Notes: a model not told the origin generated them from the sequence alone. A stretch of DNA of 64,000 nt from an uncultured Nitrososphaerota archaeon (GCA_964408285.1 CAYOYV010000002.1:110590-174589), one strand, 5' to 3'; shown: positions 1 through 9,993, numbered from the stretch's first letter. Translations and numbers: made by a program.

Positions 1-490
1 GCCATACTACAGGGGTGCTGTCGATGTTCTGACGTCTGATGTGATTCACGCTGTCGATGCATTGCGGTGGATGGGAGGGGGGGAGGTCAAGGAAGTACGG
101 AGCTCGGTCAGAAAGCTTTCTGCGAATTATCATAACAGCTTCAACGCCCTTGTCTCATTTGCAAACGGTGCTCTAGGGATACTGATGGCGAATTGGGTCG
201 CCGGATCTAGAATCCATATATTCGAGATGCACAGCAAGGGGGTATCGGCGTTCATAAATCCAAATGACAAGGCGTCGATATATTCTGATAACAAAACAGA
301 ACCTGAGGTGCTATCCACATTTGATGCCGCAGGCGGTAGCAGAGAACCCCATAGATATTATGGATTCTATGATGAAAATAGGCACTTCGTTGAATGTCTG
401 CTTCAGGAGAAAGAGCCAGAAACGTGTTTCAGCGATGCAACGAAGACTATGGAGCTTGTGGACCTGATCTACAAGAACTCTATCGAGTAA
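1..490 (+). CDS. Gfo/Idh/MocA-family oxidoreductase, C-terminal part (5' end cut by window edge)
   Basis: Frame 2 is open from position 2 with no stop. The C-terminal alpha/beta domain pattern (VIHAVDALRWMGGG...HFVECLLQEKEPET...) is typical of Gfo/Idh/MocA C-termini. Confidence 0.6.
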   Translation, partial: PYYRGAVDVLTSDVIHAVDALRWMGGGEVKEVRSSVRKLSANYHNSFNALVSFANGALGILMANWVAGSRIHIFEMHSKGVSAFINPNDKASIYSDNKTEPEVLSTFDAAGGSREPHRYYGFYDENRHFVECLLQEKEPETCFSDATKTMELVDLIYKNSIE

Positions 491-505
491 CTAGCCAAGG
501 ATTTC

Positions 506-1867
506 CTAGTGCTCAGAAAAACCGAGACCAGTCGATTCAAGGGTTTCTGTCGATATTTTCCCATTCCTGACTCTGAACAATGTCTTATGTCTGTCTTGTA
601 CGCTTTGGTAGGTGAAAGGCAGGTATTGCCTTGCGTTATATTCGAAACCCATGATCGGACTTGTCCTCGCGGCGAAGCTCGCCGAGTGGACCAGCGCCAA
701 TCCGGGGCATGTCAAATCCTGCACTGAGTAGGGGATTCCATAGCGTTGCATTTTTGCCACGTATAGAAGGCCAGAGGAATGCCATTTGCAGGTTTTGACT
801 GCCAGCCCTGACCAACCCAAACGTAGGGCCAACTCCAGCCCCTTCATGTCAGTCACCCCTTCGTCAGCCAAGACCGGCTTGATCGATGCCACATCTCTCA
901 TGGAGAACATGCGGCGGGTGAGATCCCGTTCCGTTGGTTGTTCAAGATAGAGTAGATTGCCGAAAGCGAGAGGCGATGCACGCTTCAACCTTTTCAGATA
1001 TTCCAGCGTGGCATCTGGATCTGGATTCATTTCATTGGCATCGACCGACAGGTAGAATTCCTCCTTTCCTTTGCGCCTCAGAGTCTCATAAGCAATCTCG
1101 GCGACTGCCCTTGTTCTTTCTACATCCCAGTCTATGTCGTAGCCCTTCAACTTCACTTTGAAACAGAAGATGCCGTCCCTTTCTATCCAATCCTCAAGAG
1201 TGACGGGCAGACCGTCGCTGGGGTCAGAGTCATCAACTTCGTCACTTGTGAGTTTGTCCAAAGCACCGACTAGGTGGAAAACGCACAGCTCCTTTGCATA
1301 ATCTTTCCTAATGAAGTCGGAAATGTAGCTGCCAGAGAATTCGGCCCCCAAATAGAAGCCAAGGTCATGTTCCATGTATTCCGGTCCATATCCATCATAT
1401 GAACATATGCCGTTTGCACGACCAAATGCATCGTGAAGGGCGGCGTCTATTGGAGAGGTCGCAACAAGCACTGCTAGCGTGGGAAGGCCTGCTCCCAGGG
1501 CGACCTCTGCCTCGATTTCCTTGGCAAGCGAAAGAATCTTCTCCTTCGCGCTCAGCACAATGTCTATAGGATGCGAAAACGCCGAAGCGTAGAGCCTCTC
1601 CACAATATCGCACGTTCTTTCGCCAACTAGCTTCATCGCACCAAGTTTTTTCTCATCTGCAATCAAAGGATCAGGAAAAGCCCACTTGTCGGAAAGGGGC
1701 ATGGCACCTAGTCCCTCAGCCGTCGATCTCTTTCTGTTTTCAACGGTTGCCTTGACTATTAGTGAAGTGGAATCTGTGACTACCACATTACCAAATTTCA
1801 GCGGAACCCGAAGCCTATCGCTTTTGTAGGTTGGCTCCAGTTTGATTACTCTGATGTCGGAATCCAT
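506..1867 (-). CDS. enolase-superfamily enzyme (mandelate racemase/muconate lactonizing family; sugar-acid dehydratase-like)
   Basis: 453 aa taking the start at the internal Met (MDSDIRVIKLEP), which is preceded by GGAGAGG. Contains a KxK motif (FCFKVKLKG), metal-ligand region (SVDANEMNPDPD) and LYLEQP. The longer ORF to 1900 would overlap the upstream gene by 23 bp. Confidence 0.75.
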   Translation of the reverse strand: MDSDIRVIKLEPTYKSDRLRVPLKFGNVVVTDSTSLIVKATVENRKRSTAEGLGAMPLSDKWAFPDPLIADEKKLGAMKLVGERTCDIVERLYASAFSHPIDIVLSAKEKILSLAKEIEAEVALGAGLPTLAVLVATSPIDAALHDAFGRANGICSYDGYGPEYMEHDLGFYLGAEFSGSYISDFIRKDYAKELCVFHLVGALDKLTSDEVDDSDPSDGLPVTLEDWIERDGIFCFKVKLKGYDIDWDVERTRAVAEIAYETLRRKGKEEFYLSVDANEMNPDPDATLEYLKRLKRASPLAFGNLLYLEQPTERDLTRRMFSMRDVASIKPVLADEGVTDMKGLELALRLGWSGLAVKTCKWHSSGLLYVAKMQRYGIPYSVQDLTCPGLALVHSASFAARTSPIMGFEYNARQYLPFTYQSVQDRHKTLFRVRNGKISTETLESTGLGFSEH

Positions 1868-1877
1868 GTTCCTCTCC

Positions 1878-2720
1878 TCATTGAAAGGCCCTGTCGTCAA
1901 GAACTTCCTTAAGATATGCTAAGTCGTCCTTTGTCTGCTTAATGAGGTCTTCAAACGTGAATCCGTCGTACTCGCTATGCACGGAGATATTTCCGTCGAA
2001 ACCCAATCCTTTGAGGTCCTTGAATATCTGAGGCCAGGGGACGAGCTCCTCCCTCAACGGCAAGACGCGCCGTTGCCATTTCCACTTGCCTGTTCTCTCA
2101 TCGACGGCCCCGAAGTGCCAGAAGTTCTTCACTGCAACCAGCCTGATGTATCGACTCAGGATATCGATTCCCATTTCTAGGCCAGCGGGACCTCCTTGGA
2201 TCAAAATATGTCCTGGGTCGATGTACGCGCACACGTTCTGAGGATCGTGCTCTTGGAGAAGCATAAGCACTATGGCAGGATTGGCGCTCAACACTGCTCC
2301 AGAGTGTGTATGAATTGCAGCGGTGATTCCATAATCCCTGCTCAGTTTCTCTATACCTTTCAATTGCTGCCGGGCCATTTGGATTTGATTCTCTATTCTC
2401 CCGAAACCTGAATATTCCCAGTAGCCCAATTTGATGAACTGCACTCCAGATCTGGAGGCCGCTGCGAATATCTCCTCGGCCTTATCTGCGTACGACTTCG
2501 TAATACTGGTGGTAATCATTGGAACAGTCAGACCTTTGGATTTCAGCATGTCAATTGCCTCAGGCAGTTTCAGAGCGGCTTCCTCTGGGAGCACATGTCC
2601 GTCGGATCTCACAACCAGGTCAGCGCCATCGAATCCCATTCCAGCGATACAATCCCCTGCTTCACTTAGGCTCAGGCGACCTATGCTCTTCAGCATCTTG
2701 GTGAACATGAGCAATTTCAT
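1878..2720 (-). CDS. sugar phosphate isomerase/epimerase (xylose isomerase-like TIM barrel)
   Basis: The N-terminus of the ORF is low complexity. The likely start is at MKLLMFTKMLKS. Motifs include HTHSG...(H), a D..GH pattern and a C-terminal hydrophobic barrel strand typical of AP-endonuclease-2/XI-like TIM barrels. Confidence 0.7.
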   Translation of the reverse strand: MKLLMFTKMLKSIGRLSLSEAGDCIAGMGFDGADLVVRSDGHVLPEEAALKLPEAIDMLKSKGLTVPMITTSITKSYADKAEEIFAAASRSGVQFIKLGYWEYSGFGRIENQIQMARQQLKGIEKLSRDYGITAAIHTHSGAVLSANPAIVLMLLQEHDPQNVCAYIDPGHILIQGGPAGLEMGIDILSRYIRLVAVKNFWHFGAVDERTGKWKWQRRVLPLREELVPWPQIFKDLKGLGFDGNISVHSEYDGFTFEDLIKQTKDDLAYLKEVLDDRAFQ

Positions 2721-2854
2721 GGCAGAAGTGCGAGAGTATCCATGTGGAGCATTATAAGCGTTCGGCGTCTTGAATCCAAATTTGCTGAACCGCAAAGCCA
2801 GGGTCGTGATCGTAAACATATTTAGGCACCAAGTTGGATTGGTCATCAGAGAGG

Positions 2855-3874
2855 ATGAGGAGAAAGATTCTCTGTATACCAACAATGGATCATATCCGTA
2901 TGGTCTTCTCAGCAAAGACGCTAGGAAGACTCAAGCATCGCTTCGATTTGGCATTCAACTTGAAGGACATAAGCTACACTTCCGAAGAAGTCGCTAACCT
3001 GATCGCAGGATATGATGGCCTGATAACAGGTTGGGGCTCACCTCAGCTCACCGCGTCCTTCTTTCAAAGGGCTGATCGCCTTCGCATAGTCGCACATTCT
3101 GCTGGATCAGTCAAGTTCATGCTGTCCAAGGAAGTCATCGAACGGTACATACTGCCCCGGAGGATCTGCGTATGCAATGCAAATAAGGCAATAGCACACA
3201 ATGTCGCCGAAGCAACACTGGGTTTGCTCATAATGGCAAGTCGCAGATTTGTGGATCATGTATCAAGCATTCGGGACAGATTGACTTGGCGGGACCCTGG
3301 GCTGCCTCTTGATGTTCCGACGATCAACGGAAGCACTATCGGAATCGTCTCGGCAAGTGCTGTTGGGCGTGAGGTCATCCGTTTACTGAGCCCATTCGAT
3401 GTAAGGATATTGGTCTATGACCCCTATCTCCAAAAAAAGGAAGCCCAGGGACTGAATGTTGAGAAGACTGATCTTCGGCGCCTCTTCTCAGTCTCAGACT
3501 TCGTCACAATACATGCTCCGTTGACAAGTGATACTCGTCATATGATCAATCGAAAATACCTCGGGCTACTGAAAGACGGCGCGATTCTTCTGAACACATC
3601 CAGAGGCGGACTCATAGACCATAATGCTCTTCTTGAAGAATGCAAGACAGGGCGAATCATGGCGGTCTTAGATGTGACTGATCCGGAGCCACTACCTCCA
3701 GATTCGCCGTTAAGAGGAATGGCAAATGTGATAATCACCCCACACATTGCTGGCCTTGGACTTTACGGGTATCACAAGATCGGGGAGGTCATTCTAGGAG
3801 CGCTCGAAAATTACTTCGCGGGAAGAAAGGTCGAGAATGCCATAGACTTCAGGAAATATGAGATAATCGCTTAG
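2855..3874 (+). CDS. D-isomer-specific 2-hydroxyacid dehydrogenase family protein (NAD-binding)
   Basis: Has the Rossmann GxGxxG-like motif GIVSASAVGREVIRLL, catalytic RGGLIDHNAL...ITPHIAG, and the D-2-HDH core. The start was chosen at the ATG preceded by GAGAGG; the ORF opens at a TTG at 2834. Confidence 0.8.
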   Translation: MRRKILCIPTMDHIRMVFSAKTLGRLKHRFDLAFNLKDISYTSEEVANLIAGYDGLITGWGSPQLTASFFQRADRLRIVAHSAGSVKFMLSKEVIERYILPRRICVCNANKAIAHNVAEATLGLLIMASRRFVDHVSSIRDRLTWRDPGLPLDVPTINGSTIGIVSASAVGREVIRLLSPFDVRILVYDPYLQKKEAQGLNVEKTDLRRLFSVSDFVTIHAPLTSDTRHMINRKYLGLLKDGAILLNTSRGGLIDHNALLEECKTGRIMAVLDVTDPEPLPPDSPLRGMANVIITPHIAGLGLYGYHKIGEVILGALENYFAGRKVENAIDFRKYEIIA

Positions 3875-3969
3875 GACCATCCCTGGTTCGCTTATGTCTT
3901 AGCTCAAGAACACGATTCGCTCCCACTTGAGAATGTGCCCAGTCTTTCGTCTAGATAATTCCTAATCAA

Positions 3970-4485
3970 TCACATCAACAGCAACAGCCCGAAGTATGAT
4001 GGCGTCTCCCTTCTAGTGCGCACGACTTCTATCTGGAATCCAGCCCCTCGTGCAGTCGCGTACACATCTATTCCGCAGGCCTCCATCGATGGTCTTGCCA
4101 AGCGGGGATGCTTGCATTCCCGGAGATTGCATTTTCTGCAGAAAGAACAAGGGCCCGAGGCAAGCCCGAAGGCTGAGTAATATCCGGACAGGAAAGCCTC
4201 TTTCTCAAGTTTGGCAACTACCTCGTGCGTTCGTGCTGAATCTGGCCGAAAGCGTAGCAATATGGCGGAGGAATATTCGTCGATTACTTTTCTCATTTCT
4301 TCTGGAGTTGGAGAATAAGGGGGACAGGTTAGACGTTCCCCGAACCCTCCGCATCCGTATTGACATTTCAGTCTTACCCAATGCCTGACGTAGACATCTC
4401 TGGCTCTTATCGCCTTTGCTTCCGAGGCTCCAAGTCTCAATGCCCTTGCACACAGATCCTCAAGGGTCTTGTATATGATGGGCAA
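3970..4485 (-). CDS. DUF2284-like predicted metal-binding protein (Cys-rich)
   Basis: CQYGCGGFGERLTCPP plus a second Cys cluster (CSFCRKCNLRECKHP). The size (171 aa) is typical of DUF2284 proteins. Confidence 0.55.
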   Translation of the reverse strand: MPIIYKTLEDLCARALRLGASEAKAIRARDVYVRHWVRLKCQYGCGGFGERLTCPPYSPTPEEMRKVIDEYSSAILLRFRPDSARTHEVVAKLEKEAFLSGYYSAFGLASGPCSFCRKCNLRECKHPRLARPSMEACGIDVYATARGAGFQIEVVRTRRETPSYFGLLLLM

Positions 4486-4633
4486 CCGATCTCGCCAAAC
4501 ATATCAGGCTGCTGCCTTCTTTATATTAGTGTGCCAGCCGAAGAAGCGCACGTGACTAGCGTTTACTTCTAGGAGAGAGTAGGCGCAATTCCCTAGGCGA
4601 TTCGACGCGACGCGATCCGCCTGACGCTGGACT

Positions 4634-5914
4634 TCACACGACGATCGGAAATATCGTTAGGGCAATAAGGATTGCCGCCGTGGTAGCGCAGTCAGCAAGA
4701 GAGCTTCTTATCGGCATCGCGAATGCATCAGGATCTAGGCCTCTTGCATATGTCAGCATGGCTATGCCAATCGATATCAGCAGTATGGCCAAGCATGCTA
4801 AGACATTAACCAGCATGAGGAAAACGGTGAACCTAAGGAATAAGGTGGGCTCCATTTGGTGATAGAAGAACGAAGTGATGGCGGAAAACAAGGCAAAGAT
4901 CACCGCTGATCCGAACCAGATCCCTGCAATTTCTGGCGCAATCAAGGTGAATTTGCGGGTGGGGGCGTTGAGACTTCCCAAGGCCAATCCGGTTGTGAGC
5001 ACTGATCCAACCATCAACCCAACATGACCTACCGTTCCGATTAGGGCAGGATAGACAATGAAGACCTCCTTGATTTCTTCCAATCGAGTGCTCGCGTTCA
5101 AGAGCAATATGCCCGTCACATTTACCACGATTGAACAGATTGTGAGAGCCATTAATGATTCCTTGATTGTATTCAGAAAATCCGAGCTTCGCCGGCCTAG
5201 AAAAGCCAGAATTGCGCACATAACGAAACACAGAACGTCGAAAACAGCTATCGCGGTATAGGCTATGGATCCGAAACTGAAGTAGAAATGTAATCCAAGA
5301 ACGTAGCAAGTCGTTATCATCAAATCCGTGAGAGTCGATTCCACCGGATGGGCCATCACGTCAAGGTCCATCCCACCCTTATATCCCGAGGAAACTATTG
5401 CTGTTGAGAAGGGAGTTACCACTAGAAAGGACAGTCCAGTTGTCAGAACAAGCACCATTAGACTCGGCAACATATCGAATCCGGAAGTGTAAAAAAACGG
5501 AATGGACGCTACCCAAAGCGCTAGGCAACTGAATAGACTAAGGCAGAAAGTCGCGGACAGCAAAGAATAGAACGCATTAGTGTTGTTTGTGAGCCTCGCT
5601 TTCATCGTTCCTAGATGGAGAGCGCTGCGATAGTGGCCGAGAAATATGCTTCCTATTGTGCTCCTCATGCTGATGACGGCTGGGTAGATAATTATGGTCC
5701 ATGGCGCAGCTGTGACCAGGCTGAAGTAGACCGCAATCAGCATACCAGTGATCAATCCATTCAAATCGAAAAGCAACGATTTTACTGATTGGCTAGAGGC
5801 GCCAAGGAACGAGGAGGCAGCAGACATCTCAGGGATAGTGCTTATGCAGAATCGAGCAAATTTAAGCCTGCAATCAAGCGAATCCCTTCCACCCATGCGA
5901 CAAAGACTTATCAA
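4634..5914 (-). CDS. polytopic membrane protein, MgtE-like divalent-cation transporter TM domain (tandem repeat, COG1824-like)
   Basis: About 10 hydrophobic helices. The motif PALIGTVGHVGLMVGS resembles the MgtE TM-domain signature. The longest ORF starts at a TTG at 5914; internal ATGs at about 5827 and 5743 are alternative starts, since the longest ORF overlaps the divergent neighbour. Confidence 0.55.
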   Translation of the reverse strand: MISLCRMGGRDSLDCRLKFARFCISTIPEMSAASSFLGASSQSVKSLLFDLNGLITGMLIAVYFSLVTAAPWTIIIYPAVISMRSTIGSIFLGHYRSALHLGTMKARLTNNTNAFYSLLSATFCLSLFSCLALWVASIPFFYTSGFDMLPSLMVLVLTTGLSFLVVTPFSTAIVSSGYKGGMDLDVMAHPVESTLTDLMITTCYVLGLHFYFSFGSIAYTAIAVFDVLCFVMCAILAFLGRRSSDFLNTIKESLMALTICSIVVNVTGILLLNASTRLEEIKEVFIVYPALIGTVGHVGLMVGSVLTTGLALGSLNAPTRKFTLIAPEIAGIWFGSAVIFALFSAITSFFYHQMEPTLFLRFTVFLMLVNVLACLAILLISIGIAMLTYARGLDPDAFAMPIRSSLADCATTAAILIALTIFPIVV

Positions 5915-7139
5915 TCGCCGGGCTTATTTGCGTTCTCGCAACAGACTCAGATTGGGCGAAAGATACCGAAAGATAGGATACCAACCGTTTCCCGTGAAGG
6001 ACATACTGAAAGAGATGAAGAACATCTCAGATCTAATGATAGATCTTGCATACTACTCAGCGATGTATCGTGATGAGGCATTGGTCGACGAGATTATCAA
6101 GCTGGGTGATTACGTACATAGGCTAGAGCTGCAATTGATGATGCAGGCAGCAATCGCGGTGCGAAGCGCCCATGAGGCGGAGAGGATGTTGAGCGTCCTT
6201 CTTCTCTCCCGATCTTTTGCCAAGATCTCTGATGCCACTGTGGAAATAGCGAAAATCGCGAGATCCAAACTCACGCTCAACCTGCCAGCCCACGTAATGA
6301 CCATGGACAAGTTCGTTTGCAGAATTAGAATCATGGCTGGTAGTTGGGCCGACGGCCGCAAGCTCGGGGAGCTATACAGAAAATCGAATGCGTTGCTCAA
6401 TGTCGCACTGGTCAGAAGTAAAGGAAAGTGGGTTATCGAACCAGACATTAGCTATCTGCTTAAGGAGCAGGACGTAATGTTCGCCATTGGCCTAAGGAGC
6501 AATGCGAGCAAATTCAGAGAAGTGATTGGCGATCTCGAAAGAGCCCAAGAATCCGATGAATCGTCGGCGATCTTCAAAGGACTAGCTGAATGGTTAGTCC
6601 AGCTTATGAATCTGTCAGAGTCCATGGTTGATGTATCCTACGTTGCTCTGCTTGCCTCGAGCAACGACTTGGCCAAATATGTGATTGACATGGAGGAACA
6701 CATCGACAGTTCAATGCCTAGATTCGAGGAGCGAGTGTTGTCAACCCAGGAATTATCCACGATTGACAAGGCAGCTCTGCTGAACACGGCAGAGGAAAGC
6801 GAACGCATTTCTGACGCAGCGAGAGACATAGCCGAGATCACACTGCTTGACCAGAGACCCCATCCGATAATATCAGAGGCCTTAGGGGAAACGAAGGAGC
6901 GGGTGACTGTTGTCACGGCAGAACAAGGCGAGGACAGGAAGCTCATTCAGGATTTGGACTATGAGAAATATGGAGGCATAGTACTGGCAGTGAAAAGGAA
7001 AAACCAATGGAATGTCAGGCCCGCGAAGACAACCTTCAGAATAGAGAAGGGGGATATTATGGTTGTCCAATACCTCGCAGAAGCAAGTGAGCTTGAGAGT
7101 TTCCCGAGGAAATTGCGAGGCAGCGGGCTTCTAGGCTAA
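5748..7139 (+). CDS. regulatory protein with two PhoU-like and two TrkA-C (RCK_C) domains (COG3273-like)
   Basis: The unit (PhoU-like helix bundle followed by a TrkA-C beta domain) occurs twice: VKDILKEMKNISDLMIDLAYY... then RKLGELYRKSNALLNVALVRSKGKWVIEPDISYLLKEQDVMFAIG, repeated. The start is uncertain; an internal Met is at about 5895. Confidence 0.65.
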   Translation: MINPFKSKSNDFTDWLEAPRNEEAADISGIVLMQNRANLSLQSSESLPPMRQRLINRRAYLRSRNRLRLGERYRKIGYQPFPVKDILKEMKNISDLMIDLAYYSAMYRDEALVDEIIKLGDYVHRLELQLMMQAAIAVRSAHEAERMLSVLLLSRSFAKISDATVEIAKIARSKLTLNLPAHVMTMDKFVCRIRIMAGSWADGRKLGELYRKSNALLNVALVRSKGKWVIEPDISYLLKEQDVMFAIGLRSNASKFREVIGDLERAQESDESSAIFKGLAEWLVQLMNLSESMVDVSYVALLASSNDLAKYVIDMEEHIDSSMPRFEERVLSTQELSTIDKAALLNTAEESERISDAARDIAEITLLDQRPHPIISEALGETKERVTVVTAEQGEDRKLIQDLDYEKYGGIVLAVKRKNQWNVRPAKTTFRIEKGDIMVVQYLAEASELESFPRKLRGSGLLG

Positions 7140-7224
7140 GCATTTCGAGAGCAACTCGAGGAAAATCAGACGATCCTCGTCTATATTCTCTGACAGAGGA
7201 GACAATGACAAGAGCTACCTAATC

Positions 7225-7710
7225 TCATTCCCCGCTAGGCCGGATTCGTAACGCGAATTCAGCAATTCTCCTCCCGAATCCGCTGCACAGCTTCAGGTCC
7301 TTCTTGTTCGGTCTTCCCTCAACTGCAAGCCCGTAGTGTTTGTCGTTTGGATTTCCCTGAATGACCATCCCATGGACGAGCATTGCCTCCAATATTGATA
7401 GTATCGTCGTTTCAGCCCCAGTTGCTATTCCACCGGATGAGGTGAAAGCGGCTCCAACCTTCCCACACAGTCTGCCATGTATCTTGACACTGTCATCCAA
7501 AAATTTCTTAACTGGTGCTGCCATAATTCCGTAATACGTCGGTGACCCAATTATTATTACATCCGAATCGATGAGATCCCTTAATGAAGCTCGTCTCACA
7601 TCCCTAAGTGTGACCTTCGTTCCCCTAACCTCGCTGGCTCCTCTGGAGATGGCCTTTGCCATGCCTGCAGTATTACCGCCGGCTGAGTAGTATGCCACCA
7701 GAATCCTCAA
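7225..7710 (-). CDS. flavodoxin-like fold protein (WrbA/NAD(P)H:quinone oxidoreductase-like)
   Basis: MRILVAYYSAGGNTAGMAKAI...IIGSPTYYG is the classic flavodoxin FMN-binding N-terminus. Confidence 0.8.
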   Translation of the reverse strand: MRILVAYYSAGGNTAGMAKAISRGASEVRGTKVTLRDVRRASLRDLIDSDVIIIGSPTYYGIMAAPVKKFLDDSVKIHGRLCGKVGAAFTSSGGIATGAETTILSILEAMLVHGMVIQGNPNDKHYGLAVEGRPNKKDLKLCSGFGRRIAEFALRIRPSGE

Positions 7711-7885
7711 TGGTCAGTTCGCCCAATTTTGGACGATCTTTGCTGCAATTTAACGATTGAGGTGAGGGCAGGCAGGGCCTCCGAATCTCATAGCGAAGGC
7801 ACAGATAGAGAAGGCACTTCCAGGAGTCTCACTCACATTCTCAGATTGGCTGATCCTAGGAACTCCTCATGCAGTATTCGCAATC

Positions 7886-8695
7886 TTGCTCACTTGGGGC
7901 GTAACGTTCAAGTGGTTACTCGAGCCGGAGATTGCAGATATTTCGGAGATTTTCTCCGGACTCGGACAGATGAGCTCTGCCCGCAAACCAATAGGGCGAG
8001 CCGAGAAATATGTGCTTGTGCTGACTCTCTCGGCCCTTGTGTTATGGGCGGCTCCAGGATTGGCCGCAGCTATATCAGAAGTCACACCTTCTTTTGGTTC
8101 GGTCTCTTCGCTTCTCAAGACTTATTTGCCGGAGTATGCTCCGGCAGTTTTGGCGATAATCGCACTTCTTATCATTCCGGGGGCTGGAAGGCCTTTGCCA
8201 GAGTTCTCAGAACTGGTCAACGGAGTGGATTGGAGCACGATCTTCATGTTTGGCGGAAGCTTTGTGCTTGGCTTGGAACTCTCCAATTCCGGCGCCGGTG
8301 ATTTGGTCGCAAATGGAATCAGATCGATTGGGATCAGAGCCGGATACTTCGAGGTCTTCGCCATCTCAGCAGTTTTGGGTTTCATAGTCACTTACCCTGC
8401 CTCAAACACGGCAGCAGCAAGCATAGCAATACCGGTAGCGATAATGCTCTCAAGGGCCTATGCATTGAATCCATTCCCCGCTGCAATTGCGGCAGCCATA
8501 GCAAGTTCCATCTCAAGTGCACTACCATCCACCACCCCACCAATGGCAATGGTCTATAGTTCAGGCTACGTCAGGGTCTGGCGTATGTTCAAAGTGGGCA
8601 TGATATCTGACATAATCAGACTGGTGTTACTCATCATGATAGGCCCCCAGATAGCCCAATCTCTGCTGTCAATGAAAGGACTGCCAATGAGCTGA
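7886..8695 (+). pseudogene. C-terminal half of a DASS/SLC13-type anion permease (probable gene fragment)
   Basis: Carries the single hairpin motif YPASNTAAASIAIPVAI and the C-terminal PSTTPPMAMVYSSGYV typical of DASS family C-halves. The in-frame TGA lies about 40 codons upstream of the TTG start, with no ATG/GTG between, so no N-terminal half is encoded in any frame before the flavodoxin gene. Confidence 0.4.
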
Positions 8696-8742
8696 TCTCG
8701 TAACAGAGTGCCTCATCCTGTCGTGCACTCATTCGTCCCAAG

Positions 8743-9993
8743 TCACAATTTCCGTGCCACAATATCGTTAACAGATCTTATGACAGACTCCAGATAAGAC
8801 GGCAGCCCAGTGACCTTCACTTCCATGAATCCTCTTATCAGGGCTGATGTGGCTTCGTCCCTCGAAAAGCCCTTGCTCATCAAGTAATATATCTCCTCCT
8901 CTGCCAATTTCCCGACCGCTGCTTCATGGGTGAGTTCAACTTCTTCCGCATTTCCCTCAAGCTCAGGTACCGCCGCTATCCTCGACTCTGGACTTAGTAT
9001 AAGACCCCTGCACTCGAGATGTCCCTTTATCAGGTCAGAATTCCCAACGAGCCTTCCTCTTGCCACTATGTTGGAGGAATCCTTCGAAATCGATTTTGAT
9101 ACTATTTCGCCCGCAGTTTCCCGGTTCTGGAAAATTATCTCGCTCCCCACATCCATGTAAGAGTTCTTCAGCCCAACCAAGACTGATGACATTGTAGTCC
9201 TTGCCCCTTTTCCGACAAGCCTCACGCTCGGGTACATTTGGATTGATGCCAAGGGATTGACATTTATGTAGTGGGTGATGAACGTTGCACCCTCCTCCAC
9301 GATAACTCCGGTCCTTGGCCTTACATGGGTCCCCTCCCCCCAGCCATGGATCATGGTGAACGACACCTTTGCATTCTTCTTGATGTAGAATTCACTTATG
9401 CCTATATGGAGCCCGGTCCTTTCCGGCGATACCGTACAGCCAGTTATTATGTTCACGCTTGAGCCCTCTTCTGCTATGATGATGTTATGGGGCGCCTGAA
9501 GGAGATTCGGAGTATCTATGAAAAGGCAAGCCTGTAATGGGAAGTCCACTTGAATTCCCTTGTCGGCCATTACCACGTAGCCGCCCTTTCCGTATAGCTC
9601 GACCGCGGCCGTGAATTTGTCCTTGTCAACGGATACAGCCTTCCAGTAGTACTCCCTCAAATCGACCTCATCAAATGCGCTCTCCAAGCTGGTCACTTTC
9701 AGGCCGTCCATCCTCGACTTCTTCAGGATCGGGCTGGCATCAAGCTGGAAATAGGTTCCAGACCTCTCTGCCTCATCTGGCATGATTCCTACCCTTCTGC
9801 TGGTGTCCCTCACGACAGTGGGTAGAGAGGACACACCATCGAGCTGGCGATGCTCTGTTGTCCTCAATCCGAATTCTTCGACTTTGAGGTCAGGACCATA
9901 CAGCGGAGTTCTGGCAATCGCTAACTTCGCTTTTCTTCTTAGGTCGCTGGTCCAATCAGCCCTCAGGCCCGTTTCCTGAAGCATTTGACACAT
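8743..9993 (-). CDS. sufB: Fe-S cluster assembly protein SufB/SufD
   Basis: Length and beta-helix core (HYINVNPLASIQMYPSVRLVGKGARTTMSSV..., C-terminal EATSALIRGFM) match the SufBD family. It lies immediately downstream of sufC. Confidence 0.85.
   Translation of the reverse strand: MCQMLQETGLRADWTSDLRRKAKLAIARTPLYGPDLKVEEFGLRTTEHRQLDGVSSLPTVVRDTSRRVGIMPDEAERSGTYFQLDASPILKKSRMDGLKVTSLESAFDEVDLREYYWKAVSVDKDKFTAAVELYGKGGYVVMADKGIQVDFPLQACLFIDTPNLLQAPHNIIIAEEGSSVNIITGCTVSPERTGLHIGISEFYIKKNAKVSFTMIHGWGEGTHVRPRTGVIVEEGATFITHYINVNPLASIQMYPSVRLVGKGARTTMSSVLVGLKNSYMDVGSEIIFQNRETAGEIVSKSISKDSSNIVARGRLVGNSDLIKGHLECRGLILSPESRIAAVPELEGNAEEVELTHEAAVGKLAEEEIYYLMSKGFSRDEATSALIRGFMEVKVTGLPSYLESVIRSVNDIVARKL

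Noticed and set aside
4050-5309. Several 60-160-aa ORFs antisense to the DUF2284 and MgtE-like genes
   Set aside because: Shadow ORFs. The sense-strand genes have coherent hydrophobicity and motif patterns.
7729-8301. 190-aa plus-strand ORF overlapping the start of the truncated permease
   Set aside because: Arg/Cys-rich, non-hydrophobic composition with no motifs. It is out of frame with the recognisable permease C-half and is most likely a spurious ORF in the decayed region.
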